Notes: a model not told the origin generated them from the letters alone. DNA of 64,000 bases from Candidatus Methylomirabilota bacterium (GCA_046726415.1 JBKPAK010000112.1:8086-72085); one strand, 5' to 3'; shown: positions 10,600-22,134, numbered from the stretch's first letter. Translations and numbers: made by a program.

Positions 10600-11208
10600 A
10601 TGATGATCCAGCCAGCCCTCGCTCCTCGGAGCACCTGCCCCACGCCGCGGGCGTCCCGCCGTTGTGCTGATGGTCCGGCGGCGCAGCCTGGCGCCGCCGG
10701 GGCCCACCTCGCCGAATTGGTCCTCGTCGCCGCTGGGGCCAGCCTCGCCGAACTGCTGGTCGTCGTCGCCCTCATCGGCATCGTCACCGCGGCCAGCGTC
10801 CCGATGTTCCACACCTACGTCCACGGCAGCGCCGTGAAGGCGGGCGCCGAGGAGTTGGTGACCTTGATGAACCTCGCGCGGGCCCTCGCCATCAAGGAGA
10901 ACACCCGCGTGTGCGTGAACTGGGATTCTGCGGGCTCGCACCGCGTTCGCCTCCTGGTCGCTCATGCCAACCCGTGCGCGGCCGCGGCCAACTTCTACGG
11001 CGCCCAGGGCCGCGGATTTGACGCGCGGATCGACGCCAGCGGCTGGATCACCCTCCAGAACCGCGTGACCGTCACCGCGGCAACGGCCGACGTCGTCTTC
11101 ACCGCTCTGGGCGTGGCCGCCCCGGGAGGTACGTACACCGTCTCGAGGAACGGACAGCATCTCAGCGTAGTGGTGGCGCCGTCAGGTCGGGTGAACATCA
11201 CACCGTGA
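10600..11208 (+). CDS. GspH/FimT/FimU-like minor pilin
   Basis: G|ASLAELLVVVALIGIV hydrophobic helix, L..AR..AI, C-terminal V.F...G and VVAPSGRV; start codon uncertain. Confidence 0.85.
   Translation: MMIQPALAPRSTCPTPRASRRCADGPAAQPGAAGAHLAELVLVAAGASLAELLVVVALIGIVTAASVPMFHTYVHGSAVKAGAEELVTLMNLARALAIKENTRVCVNWDSAGSHRVRLLVAHANPCAAAANFYGAQGRGFDARIDASGWITLQNRVTVTAATADVVFTALGVAAPGGTYTVSRNGQHLSVVVAPSGRVNITP
10693..10764 (+). repeat. 36-bp in-frame tandem duplication of the prepilin motif
   Basis: gccgccggggcccacctcgccgaattggtcctcgtc / gccgctggggccagcctcgccgaactgctggtcgtc. Confidence 0.75.
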
Positions 11209-11711
11209 ATCGCTGTGACCACGGCTTTTCGCTGGCTGAGGTTCTCATTGCCGCCGCCGTGCTCGTCATGGGCTTCGCGGGTGTCGTGGGCATGCTCGCT
11301 CTGTCTAGCTACGGCATTCGCGAGGGCCGCTATCGGTCCATGGCCGTCGTCTTGGCCGATGAACGCGTCGAGCAAGTACGGGCGGCGCGGTGGGATGGAA
11401 GCGAAGATTGCCTCGGCATATCCCCATCTCCCGTGTTGCCTCCGGTCACCTCGGGATGCTCGGGGACCGGTGCGGGATACGCGCCATTCCCCGACGAGGC
11501 CCCTGGGACCATGCCGGGTCCCTTCGAGCAGTTCGGGCGAGCCGTGCGAATCCACACGTGCGCGGGGACAGGCGTATGTTCCATCGCCACCGCGGATCTC
11601 CGCCTGGTGACCGTGGCCGTCGTCTACTCGCCCACCTCCGGCCTCGGCGGCAACGTCAGCGGCATCGAACAATCAATGGTGGTGAGCCGCCTGGTGGGGC
11701 GGAAGCGGTGA
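11205..11711 (+). CDS. PilV-like minor pilin
   Basis: G|FSLAEVLIAAAVL signal; A..LA.ER.EQ.R; C-terminal LRLVTVAV.Y. Confidence 0.85.
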   Translation: MNRCDHGFSLAEVLIAAAVLVMGFAGVVGMLALSSYGIREGRYRSMAVVLADERVEQVRAARWDGSEDCLGISPSPVLPPVTSGCSGTGAGYAPFPDEAPGTMPGPFEQFGRAVRIHTCAGTGVCSIATADLRLVTVAVVYSPTSGLGGNVSGIEQSMVVSRLVGRKR

Positions 11712-13009
11712 GCTGGGTGAGCGAGCGCGGAGTGGCCCTCCCCTTGACTGCCCTGGCTCTGCTGATCGTCGTCTCGCTGATCCTCGCCCTGAACGCCCTG
11801 AGCGCGTCCGAACCCATCATCGCGAGCAATCATCTTCTCGCGGTGCAGGCACGTCTGGCCGCCGAATCTGGTCTCGAAGCGGCCGTCGTGGCCTTGTCGA
11901 ACCCGCACGCTCTGTCCACGGGCTTTGCGACCACGCTCGCCGCGGCGCCGTTCATCCGGATTCCCGGCACCCGCGCGAGCTACCGCATCGCAGTATCGAT
12001 CGACGATGGCTGGACCACGTTCGAGAAGGCGAATCAACGAAAGATCACCGTCAGCGGGATCGCCGCGGCGAGTGACTCGGTCGACCCCGACGCGGCGGCC
12101 AATCGGGCGGTGCGAACACTCGAGACGGTCATTCGCCGCGATTCCCTGGCAAGCACGTTGCTGATCCCCGCCGCCGTCCTCCTGCCCGCAGGGGGCAGCC
12201 TCAGAGGGGAGGTCGACGCGCGGCGCGATGGGAGCGTCGACTTCGAGTCGTGGTGCACGCGCCAGGGCGAGTCGCTGCCGCCACTTGCCGGCGGCGCCGC
12301 TGATGGAGGCCACGATGTCGCGAATGCAGGACTCGTGTGGGGCCCGGGCAACGCCATCCCGAACGAGGAGGGAGTCGACATCCTGCACCGCGGCTCCGCC
12401 GCGCCCCCCGATTTCGTGTTCGCCAATCAGGCGTTCACGCCCAGCGAGTTGGCGGCACTGAAGGCGCTGGCGGTATCGACCGGAACCTTCTACCAAACCA
12501 GCCCGATGATCTTCGACGGCCAGTCGCCCCTGCCCGCCCCCGAGTCCGTGGTGTACGTCGAAGGCGACCTCGAGATCGAAGTCTATGGAGACCATACGAC
12601 ATGGACGGGCTGGCTCGTCGCCGTGGGCCCGCGGGGCCCCGGCACCGGCGGCCGCATCACGTTTCGCTGCCCTCCCGGCTGCTCGCCCGCGTGGCAGCGG
12701 CTCACCATCGACGGACTCCTTTACGCCGAGGACCGCTTCGAGGTGAGCACGGCCACCGCCAACCGGGCCCTGACCGTGAACGGCGCCGTCGTCACTCGCA
12801 ATCTCGGCGGCGCGCCAAACCGCATCGACCCCGCGAGCGCCGCCGATGTCCGGATCAATTTTCGATGTCAAGGCGACGGAAGCACCCGGCGAGGGATTCG
12901 TGACGCCATCGCGGGGACTGCCGACACGATCGGCGTGTTCGATCCCTACGGTCGATCCGGATGGTACCCGAAGCTCGGCAGCTACCGGGAGATCGTCGGC
13001 CAGCCCTAG
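11708..13009 (+). CDS. PilX-like minor pilin with a long C-terminal domain
   Basis: ERG|VALPL signal without Glu5; PilX_N motif A.LAAESGLE.A; GTGA overlap with pilV; 433 aa. Confidence 0.85.
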   Translation: MSWVSERGVALPLTALALLIVVSLILALNALSASEPIIASNHLLAVQARLAAESGLEAAVVALSNPHALSTGFATTLAAAPFIRIPGTRASYRIAVSIDDGWTTFEKANQRKITVSGIAAASDSVDPDAAANRAVRTLETVIRRDSLASTLLIPAAVLLPAGGSLRGEVDARRDGSVDFESWCTRQGESLPPLAGGAADGGHDVANAGLVWGPGNAIPNEEGVDILHRGSAAPPDFVFANQAFTPSELAALKALAVSTGTFYQTSPMIFDGQSPLPAPESVVYVEGDLEIEVYGDHTTWTGWLVAVGPRGPGTGGRITFRCPPGCSPAWQRLTIDGLLYAEDRFEVSTATANRALTVNGAVVTRNLGGAPNRIDPASAADVRINFRCQGDGSTRRGIRDAIAGTADTIGVFDPYGRSGWYPKLGSYREIVGQP

Positions 13010-13018
13010 TCGCCCGCC

Positions 13019-14092
13019 ATGCTCGCTTCCCTTCGCGACCGATTGCCGTCCCACCGACCCTCCCAGGCCTTCGGTCTGGATATCGGATCGGCGGCGGTCA
13101 AGGTCATCCAGCTCCGCCGGGTCGCTGCGTCATACATGGTCACGCGCTGCGCCGCCGTCGCCCTTCCCATCGGAGCGGTGGCGGAGGGCACCATCACCGA
13201 CACGGGGGCGGCGGTGGAGGCGATCCGAACGGCGGTGGGCCGGGCCGGGATCACCAGCACTCAAGCGACCGTAGGCATCTGCGGGCGCGAGCTGATCATC
13301 AAGAAGCTGCAGATTCCCCAAGTCCCCCACAAAGAGCTGAGGGACGCCATCCGAATCGAAGCTGAGCACCAGATTCCCTTTGCCGTTGACGAAGTCTTCC
13401 TCGACTACCACGTCATCACCCAGCAGAATCGGCTGATCGATCTCACGCTGGTCGCGGCCAAGAAGTCGAAGGTGATGGAGTACCACACGGTGGTGAGGCA
13501 GGCGGGGCTCGATCCGATCGTCGTCGACGTGGATGGGTTCGCCCTCGGCAACCACCTCGAGGTCAGCGGCGGGGCCGAGAGGGAGCGCATGGCCCTGGTC
13601 GACATCGGAGCCACCATGACCAAAGTGGCGATCGTCGCGGGCTCAGTCACTCACTTCGTGCGCGACGTGCCGTTTGGCGGAAGTCGGTACACCCACGCCA
13701 TAGCCACCCGCCTCGGCATTCCGTTCGACCGCGCGGAGGCTCTTAAGACGGGCGCCGACCGACGTACCGGTGCCGCCGTGGTGGCCCGGACTTGCCAGGC
13801 GATCTCGCGCGACCTGGGGCGCGAGATCCAGCGCACGCTCGACTACCACGCCGAGAGCGACGTGACGGCCACGCACGTCGTACGGATCCTGCTGGTCGGG
13901 GGCGGGGCGATGCTCGAAGGGTTGGACGAGACCCTCACCTCCACCCTCGGTCTGCCCGTCCAGATCGCGCGCCCCTTCGACACGCTCGCCGTGGACCCGG
14001 CGTGCGCCGACACCATCTCCAGCGTGGGCCCGGCCCTGACCCTGGCGCTGGGGCTCAGTCTGCGCCGACGCGCCGACAGGGCCAGCGTGTGA
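13019..14092 (+). CDS. pilM: Type IV pilus assembly protein PilM
   Basis: GLDIGS..VK, EAE..IPF, VDIGA, GGGA actin-like motifs. Confidence 0.95.
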   Translation: MLASLRDRLPSHRPSQAFGLDIGSAAVKVIQLRRVAASYMVTRCAAVALPIGAVAEGTITDTGAAVEAIRTAVGRAGITSTQATVGICGRELIIKKLQIPQVPHKELRDAIRIEAEHQIPFAVDEVFLDYHVITQQNRLIDLTLVAAKKSKVMEYHTVVRQAGLDPIVVDVDGFALGNHLEVSGGAERERMALVDIGATMTKVAIVAGSVTHFVRDVPFGGSRYTHAIATRLGIPFDRAEALKTGADRRTGAAVVARTCQAISRDLGREIQRTLDYHAESDVTATHVVRILLVGGGAMLEGLDETLTSTLGLPVQIARPFDTLAVDPACADTISSVGPALTLALGLSLRRRADRASV

Positions 14093-14631
14093 TCAGAATT
14101 AATCTGGCTCCGCCCAGCGTGCGTCCGCCCCGGGTGCGCCGATCGCTGGTGGCAGTGGCTGGCGGCGCGGCGTGCATCGTGGTCCTGGCCGGATTCGGTT
14201 GGTGGTACGCGCTGCTGCGTCATGACGAGATGCAACTCAACAAGCGGATCAACATCCTCAGGCACGAACTGACCAGCCACAAGGCACTGCTCGGTCGCGG
14301 CGAGCGCATGCGCGAGGCGTTCGCCGACCTTACCAGACGCGCGCGGGCGCTCCAGGAGTTGACGCGGGGCCAGGACACGACCATCCGAATCCTCGACGCG
14401 TTCCTCGACGTGATCCCCGCCGAGTTGTGGCTCACGTCCCTGGAAGGACGCGGACTGGAGCTGCGCGCGGTGGGATCGGCCCGTTCCGCGAGGGCGGTGG
14501 CGAATCTCATGCTCAACCTCCGAGCCTCGGGGAAGTTCTCGGAGGTGGAGATCGTCACCTCCAAGCAAGACGTGGACAAGATTCCCCCCGCGCCGGTCAC
14601 GTTCGAGGTCACCTGCCGATTCCGGACGTGA
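14089..14631 (+). CDS. pilN: Type IV pilus assembly protein PilN
   Basis: N-terminal IRINL motif, TM helix, IP.ELWLTSL; position after pilM. Confidence 0.92.
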   Translation: MIRINLAPPSVRPPRVRRSLVAVAGGAACIVVLAGFGWWYALLRHDEMQLNKRINILRHELTSHKALLGRGERMREAFADLTRRARALQELTRGQDTTIRILDAFLDVIPAELWLTSLEGRGLELRAVGSARSARAVANLMLNLRASGKFSEVEIVTSKQDVDKIPPAPVTFEVTCRFRT

Positions 14632-14632
14632 C

Positions 14633-15271
14633 ATGACCACCTTGCTGGCACCCCTGCGCAGCGCGGCGGCCGCCCTCAAGCTCGCGTGGGCGGTGCCGTG
14701 CTTGGCGGTGATCGGTGCCGGAACCTACCTCGTGGTCCTCTCACCGATACGGGCGCGGATGGCGCTGCTCGAAGTGCATCTGGCCGCCCTGGCGCAAGAG
14801 GTCGCCCACGCCCGGGCCGCAGCGCAGCATCTCGCGCGCTACGGACCCGAGACGATCGAACTGGAGGGACGCCTCAAATCGATTGCCCGGAAGCTCCCAA
14901 CCGAACGGGAGATCCCGCCCCTCTACCACTCAATGTACGACGCCGCCGCTTCGACAGGGCTGGCGGTGGCGCTGTTTCAGCCGCGGGACCCGCGGATCCA
15001 GGACTACTACATCGAGATCCCGATTGCCGTGACCGCCGAGGGCACGTATCACCAGCTCGGAGAGTTCCTCGAGCGCGTCGCCGGGTTCCCGCGCCTGGTC
15101 ACGGTCAGCACGCTTCGAATGACCGGGCTCGAGCGGCCGGCGGTCTCGATGCGCGCCGAGATGACGTTAATCACCTTTGTGTATCGACCGGTGGGCGCCC
15201 CGCCACCAACGCCGGCCTCCGCCACCCCTCGCCACCGCTTGGCAGCAGCCCGCGGCCGGCGAATCCGCTGA
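14633..15271 (+). CDS. pilO: Type IV pilus assembly protein PilO
   Basis: LP.EREIP, YYIEIPI, G.YHQLG.FL, PRLV. Confidence 0.93.
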   Translation: MTTLLAPLRSAAAALKLAWAVPCLAVIGAGTYLVVLSPIRARMALLEVHLAALAQEVAHARAAAQHLARYGPETIELEGRLKSIARKLPTEREIPPLYHSMYDAAASTGLAVALFQPRDPRIQDYYIEIPIAVTAEGTYHQLGEFLERVAGFPRLVTVSTLRMTGLERPAVSMRAEMTLITFVYRPVGAPPPTPASATPRHRLAAARGRRIR

Positions 15272-15278
15272 CGCCATC

Positions 15279-15815
15279 ATGAGTCGCGGTCCGACGACGC
15301 GTACCGCGTGGCTCCCTGTCGTCGTTCTGGCTCAAGCCGCCTGCACCGAGCCGTCCGCCGCCCCCACGACGGCCCTGGTGGCGAAGCCGCCCGAGCAGAC
15401 CTCGGCGGGCTCTGGCACGTCAGTGATCCCCACCACCGCGGCGCCACCGAACGCCGCCGCCCCATCCACGAGCCTCACCGGCCAGCCCCTTGCCGCTCTC
15501 CCGCCGGAGTACGCCTCGCGGGGCCGACGCGATCCCTTCGAGCCCGTCCCTCCTCCCGGACCGGAAACGGCAGGGCCAACCGCGCGTCGCCGCTCGGTCA
15601 TCGCGTCGGCGAAATTGGCGGGCATCGTCCACGGGGTGGATGGACCGCTGGCCCTGGTCGAAATGCCCGACGGCATCGGCTATGTCCTCAAGCCGGGAGA
15701 CGCAATCGAGGACGGCCGTCTGATCCAAATCCGCCCAGACTCCGCGCTCTTCGACATCCCTCCGAAGGCCGGGCTCCTGAGCGAGCGAATCGTTCTCACT
15801 CTGGGACAGAGTTGA
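15279..15815 (+). CDS. pilP: Type IV pilus lipoprotein PilP
   Basis: Lipobox-like LAQAAC, Pro-rich linker, Y...GRRDPF, L.GI...ALVE.PDG.GY...GD. Confidence 0.88.
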   Translation: MSRGPTTRTAWLPVVVLAQAACTEPSAAPTTALVAKPPEQTSAGSGTSVIPTTAAPPNAAAPSTSLTGQPLAALPPEYASRGRRDPFEPVPPPGPETAGPTARRRSVIASAKLAGIVHGVDGPLALVEMPDGIGYVLKPGDAIEDGRLIQIRPDSALFDIPPKAGLLSERIVLTLGQS

Positions 15816-15856
15816 GTCTCCCCCACCGCTCAGGACAGAGTTGAGTCTCCCCCACC
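15804..15856 (+). repeat. 29-bp-period tandem duplication at the pilP/pilQ junction
   Basis: ggacagagttgagtctcccccacc at 15804 and 15833. Confidence 0.9.
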
Positions 15857-17673
15857 ACCGGCTCAGGGATGTCCTGGCCCTGGTGCTGATCCTCGCCCCA
15901 CGCGTTGCCCAGGCGCCGCCCGCCGCTCCTACGCCGGCCGGCAACCTGTCCGTGCCGGTGAGCCGGGCACCATTCACGCCCTCGGGAAGCTCGCCGGGCC
16001 CGCGGCTCTCGTCGGACGCGTCAGCGCCCGAACTCCGCACCGGGGGACCGCGATTCATCTCGCTCGACTTCAAGGACGCCGACATCGTGAACGTCATGAG
16101 AATCCTGGCCGCAGAGAGCGGCAAGAACATCGTCATGTCCGACGACGTCAAGGGCAAGATCTCCATCGCGCTGCGCAACGTCCCGTGGGAGCAGGCGCTC
16201 GACACGATCCTCGAAGCCAAGGGCCTCGAGAGGATCGAACGCGACGGCGTCATCAGGATCGTCTCGAGCGAGCAGTTGCTGAAGGAGCGGGAGGCCAAGG
16301 CCCGCGCCGAGGAAGCCAAGCGAAAGGCCGAGGTAGAGATACGCGCCAAGGAAGCCGAGGCGCGGGCCAAGGAGATCGAGGCACAAGCCAAGCAGCAGGA
16401 GGCCCAGCGCAAGCGACAGCAGGCGGAGGACGAAGCGAAGGAGACAGCGGCGCGAGGACCACTCATGGAGGCCACGGTCCGCCTCTATTACGCGGACGCC
16501 GACGAAGTCGCAAAGACGCTGCAGGGTCTTCTCGGCATCGGGGCCGAGGACGCCGCGAGAAAGAGAGATGTCGCCACCGGTCCACCGGTCATTCCCGAGC
16601 CGCCATTCTCGGCCCTGTTCGGGCCTCCGCCCGTTCCGCCGCTGCCGGGACCGGTACCGCCGGAAGTATTCGAGAAGCGGCTCACCATCCGCGCCTATAA
16701 ACCCACGAACACCCTGTTTCTGCGGCTGTACCAGGCGGACATCGAACGGATCCGAACGCTCATCCGCGAGTCGATCGACATCCCGGTGCCTCAAGTGAAG
16801 ATCGAGGCGCGGATGGAGATCCTAGAGCGCAGCGCGCTCGAGCAGATCGGCGTCCAGTGGGGCGGCTTCGTGGCACAGAACGCCGGCTCGCAAACTCTCG
16901 TCGGTCAGGGGTTCAATCCCGGCGACCTCTTTCGAGGCGGAATCCCCGTCCAGGGCTTGAGCCCGGCAAATACTGCTCTCACTCTCTCCCAGGGGCTTCC
17001 GATCAGCGCGCTCACGGGACTCCCCTTGGGCGGCAACATCGTGAACCTTCCCATCGGCACGCTGCCCACCCAGGGACCGCTCCCCACGACGGGCATCGCC
17101 TTCGGCATCGTCGGGACCAACCTCAACGTGAACCTGGCCCTGCAGGCCCTCGCCGAGCAGGGCAAGACCCGCACCCTCGCTCGTCCCGAGATCGTGACGG
17201 TCGAGAACAGCCTGGCCTCGATTGAGCTCGGCGAGGAGATTCCCTATACCACGGTCAGCGCCGCGGGAACGCAGATCCAGTTCAAAAAGGCGGCCCTCAA
17301 GCTCGACGTGACGCCCACCGTGGTCAAGGAAGTCGATGATAGCAAGATCAGGATGGTGGTGATCGTGGAGAACAACTCGCGGGGCGATGTCGTGAATCTC
17401 GGAAGCGCCGGCACGCCACCCGCCATCAACACGCGCAAGGCCATCACCCAAGTCCTGATCAAGGAGGGAGAGCGCCTCGTCATCGGGGGCATTGCTCGAA
17501 CGGAGGTGCGCAACAACGTCCGCAAGGTGCCGGTGCTCGGCGATATCCCGATCCTGGGCGCACTCTTTCGGATCTCCGAGAACTTCGAGCAAGGCCGTGA
17601 GCTGGTGGTCTTCCTGACCCCTAGCGTGCTGCGCCAGGCGGTGCCGCCGAAGTCTGTTCATCCTCCCCGCTAG
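15841..17673 (+). CDS. pilQ: Type IV pilus secretin PilQ
   Basis: ISLDFKDADI, VPWEQALD.IL, PQV.IEAR, KVP.LGDIPILG.LF, ELVVFLTP. Confidence 0.95.
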   Translation: MSLPHHRLRDVLALVLILAPRVAQAPPAAPTPAGNLSVPVSRAPFTPSGSSPGPRLSSDASAPELRTGGPRFISLDFKDADIVNVMRILAAESGKNIVMSDDVKGKISIALRNVPWEQALDTILEAKGLERIERDGVIRIVSSEQLLKEREAKARAEEAKRKAEVEIRAKEAEARAKEIEAQAKQQEAQRKRQQAEDEAKETAARGPLMEATVRLYYADADEVAKTLQGLLGIGAEDAARKRDVATGPPVIPEPPFSALFGPPPVPPLPGPVPPEVFEKRLTIRAYKPTNTLFLRLYQADIERIRTLIRESIDIPVPQVKIEARMEILERSALEQIGVQWGGFVAQNAGSQTLVGQGFNPGDLFRGGIPVQGLSPANTALTLSQGLPISALTGLPLGGNIVNLPIGTLPTQGPLPTTGIAFGIVGTNLNVNLALQALAEQGKTRTLARPEIVTVENSLASIELGEEIPYTTVSAAGTQIQFKKAALKLDVTPTVVKEVDDSKIRMVVIVENNSRGDVVNLGSAGTPPAINTRKAITQVLIKEGERLVIGGIARTEVRNNVRKVPVLGDIPILGALFRISENFEQGRELVVFLTPSVLRQAVPPKSVHPPR

Positions 17674-17728
17674 TCGCCGAACGCGCGGCGATCCTGGCGT
17701 GCTACTCTAAGCTTCGGCGGTCACTCCG

Positions 17729-18823
17729 ATGGTCATTCCTGTTCGCCTGGGCTCGCAGTCCTATACGATCGTCGTGGAGCGCGGGGCTCTGCCCCGCCTC
17801 GCCGAGCATCTGCGCGCTCTCCGCGTGGGTCGGCGCGTGGCCCTCGTGAGCTCGCCTCAAATTATCCGGCTCCACGGCAAGCTGGTCGCCGATCGGCTCC
17901 GCGAGGCAGGATTCGAAGTGAGCGTCGCCGAGGTTCCCGACGGCGAGGCCGCCAAACAGCTTGCGGTGGCCGAACGGTGCTGGGACTCGCTCCTCCAGGC
18001 CGGGCTGGATCGCACGTCGACCGTGCTGGCGCTGGGCGGGGGGGCCGTCGGCGACGTGGCGGGCTTCGTGGCCGCCACCTACATGCGCGGAGTGAACTTC
18101 GTGCAGCTTCCCACCACGGTGCTCGCTCAGGTCGATGCCTCCATCGGCGGCAAGACCGCCATCGACCATCCGAAGGCCAAGAATCTGATCGGCGCTTTCC
18201 ATCAGCCGCGCCTCGTCGTGGTGGATCCCCTGACCATCGACACCTTGCCCGGGCGTGATTTCCGCTCCGGACTGGCTGAGGTCGTCAAGCACGGCGCGGT
18301 GCTGGACGCCTCCTACTTCGCGCTCCTGGAGCGCGAGACGGCATCCATCCTCGCGCGTGATCCAGCCATTCTGGAGGACGTCATCGGCGGGTCGTGCCGT
18401 CTCAAGGCCGGCGTCGTCGAGCGCGACGAGCGCGAATCCGACCTCCGCGCGGTGCTGAATTACGGACACACGCTCGGGCACGCCCTCGAAGCCTCCAGCG
18501 GCTATGCACGCTGGACGCATGGCGAGGCGGTGGCGCTCGGGATGGTGGGGGAAGCGCGTCTGGCCCGACGGCGCGGCTTGGCTTCCGACGAGACGGTGGC
18601 TCGCCAGGAGCGATTGCTGGAGGCACTGGGCTTGCCGGTCCGCGCACCGGGCATCGCTGTGGACACCGTCATGGAAGCGATGAGCCACGACAAAAAGGCC
18701 AAGGATGGGCGGATTCCCTTCGTGCTCGCGCCGGAGATTGGCCGCTTTCGAGTTGAGTACGACATCCCGCGCGACGACGTGCGGGCCGTGCTCGAGGGGC
18801 TCCAGACGCCCGCCGCGCATTGA
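17729..18823 (+). CDS. aroB: 3-dehydroquinate synthase
   Basis: GGGAVGDVAGF, PTTVLAQVDASIGGKT, NYGHT.GHA.E, HGEAVA. Confidence 0.97.
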   Translation: MVIPVRLGSQSYTIVVERGALPRLAEHLRALRVGRRVALVSSPQIIRLHGKLVADRLREAGFEVSVAEVPDGEAAKQLAVAERCWDSLLQAGLDRTSTVLALGGGAVGDVAGFVAATYMRGVNFVQLPTTVLAQVDASIGGKTAIDHPKAKNLIGAFHQPRLVVVDPLTIDTLPGRDFRSGLAEVVKHGAVLDASYFALLERETASILARDPAILEDVIGGSCRLKAGVVERDERESDLRAVLNYGHTLGHALEASSGYARWTHGEAVALGMVGEARLARRRGLASDETVARQERLLEALGLPVRAPGIAVDTVMEAMSHDKKAKDGRIPFVLAPEIGRFRVEYDIPRDDVRAVLEGLQTPAAH

Positions 18824-18867
18824 CTCCGGCGGTGCGCGTTGTCGAGACCTCGCCATAGCATCCGACG

Positions 18868-19502
18868 ATGCTCCCCTCACGGAGGACCCGGCACTGGCCA
18901 ACGCGATCCGCCGTCAGGAAGAACGCCTGGCGCGGGACCCGACGTCTCTCGTCTTCGCCCAGCTCGCGGAGCTCTATCGCCGCGCGGGGCGGGTCGCCGA
19001 CGCCATCGCCTGCTGCCGCGAGGGGCTCTCGCGCCATCCGCGCGACACCGAGGGCCGGTTGATCCTGGCGCGAGCCCTCGCCGACGAAGGGCAGTTCGAC
19101 GCGGCCATCGCCCAGACGCGGGCCATCCTCGCGCTGAGCCCCAAGGACGTCCAGGGTCACCGGGTGATGGCCGAGATCGCGCGTCGCCAGGGCGACATCG
19201 ACACCGCCGTGCACCACCTCGAGGAGGTAGTTGTCCTCGATGCGCACGATCGGGCGTCGCGCGCGTTGCTCGGTCTGCTGCGGGCGGATCCGGGAATGCG
19301 CAGCGAGGGCAGCGGCCTCGTCCGGGTGCTGAGCGACGATACGTTTGTCACGATTGCCTTCGGTGCCCTGTGCCTGGACCAGGGCTTGGCGGAGGAAGCG
19401 GCGCACATCTTCACCCGACTCCTCAGGCGAGATCCCCACCACGTGGAGGCGCGCGAGGGCCTGGAACGGGCGCTGCGCGCGCGCTTCCGCCGGAAAGGCT
19501 AG
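18868..19502 (+). CDS. Tetratricopeptide repeat protein; start ambiguous (ATG 18868 with a 1-nt frameshift, or CTG 18894)
   Basis: DP.S..F..LAE.YR..G TPR pattern typical of the gene after aroB; no in-frame ATG or GTG near the expected start. Confidence 0.8.
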
Positions 19503-19508
19503 ATCGTC

Positions 19509-20075
19509 ATGCAGGTTTCCACCGCGGAGTTCAAGAAAGGGTTGCGGATCGTCTTCGACGGGCAGCCCTACGCCATCGTCGACTTCCAGCATGTCAAGCC
19601 CGGCAAAGGCGGGGCCTTCGTGCGGACCAAGCTCAAGCACATGAAGCAGGGCCGGGTCATTGACAACACCTTTCGCTCGGGTGAGAAGGTCGAGCTGGTC
19701 GACTTCGAAGAGAAGCACATGCAGTATCTCTATCGGGACGATCGCTATCACTTCATGGATACGGAGAGCTACGAGCAGGTCTCGCTGTCCGCGGACGAAG
19801 TGAGCGACGCCCGCGACTACTTGAAGGAGAACACCGAGGTCGACCTGCTGTACATCGATGGTGCGCCGGCGGCCATCGAGCTACCGAACTTCGTGGAGCT
19901 GGCGATCAGTAAGACGGATCCCGGCGTGCGGGGCGACACCGCCCAGGGAGGCAGCAAACCGGCCACCCTCGAAACGGGTGCGATCGTCCACGTTCCCCTC
20001 TTTCTCAACGAAGGCGATGTCGTCAGGGTCGATACTCGGACCGGCGAGTACCTCGGCCGCGTCAGCAGCGCGTGA
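19509..20075 (+). CDS. efp: Elongation factor P
   Basis: [28 protein letters not shown]. Confidence 0.98.
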   Translation: MQVSTAEFKKGLRIVFDGQPYAIVDFQHVKPGKGGAFVRTKLKHMKQGRVIDNTFRSGEKVELVDFEEKHMQYLYRDDRYHFMDTESYEQVSLSADEVSDARDYLKENTEVDLLYIDGAPAAIELPNFVELAISKTDPGVRGDTAQGGSKPATLETGAIVHVPLFLNEGDVVRVDTRTGEYLGRVSSA

Positions 20076-20101
20076 TGAAGCGCCGACGCCTTCAGTCTCC
20101 A

Positions 20102-20557
<456 letters not shown>

Positions 20558-20669
20558 CGGCCTCGGCGGGGCACAGAAAAGACGGGTGACCTCACCGCCG
20601 ATCGGCCGACCGATCTATTTCAGCCCGCGGGACCGGCGGGGCACGGGCCGGCGATAGCGCGGGCGGCCG

Positions 20670-22067
<1,398 letters not shown>

Positions 22068-22134
22068 CCTCCAGCATGAGGCGCTGATGCGCGCCGTCAT
22101 CGATCAACTACCGTTGACCAGGAGGGTATGACCA

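Noticed and set aside
17729-19509. Missing aroC/aroK/aroQ/pepP relative to deltaproteobacterial synteny
   Set aside because: Ordinary gene-order variation; these genes may lie elsewhere in the genome.
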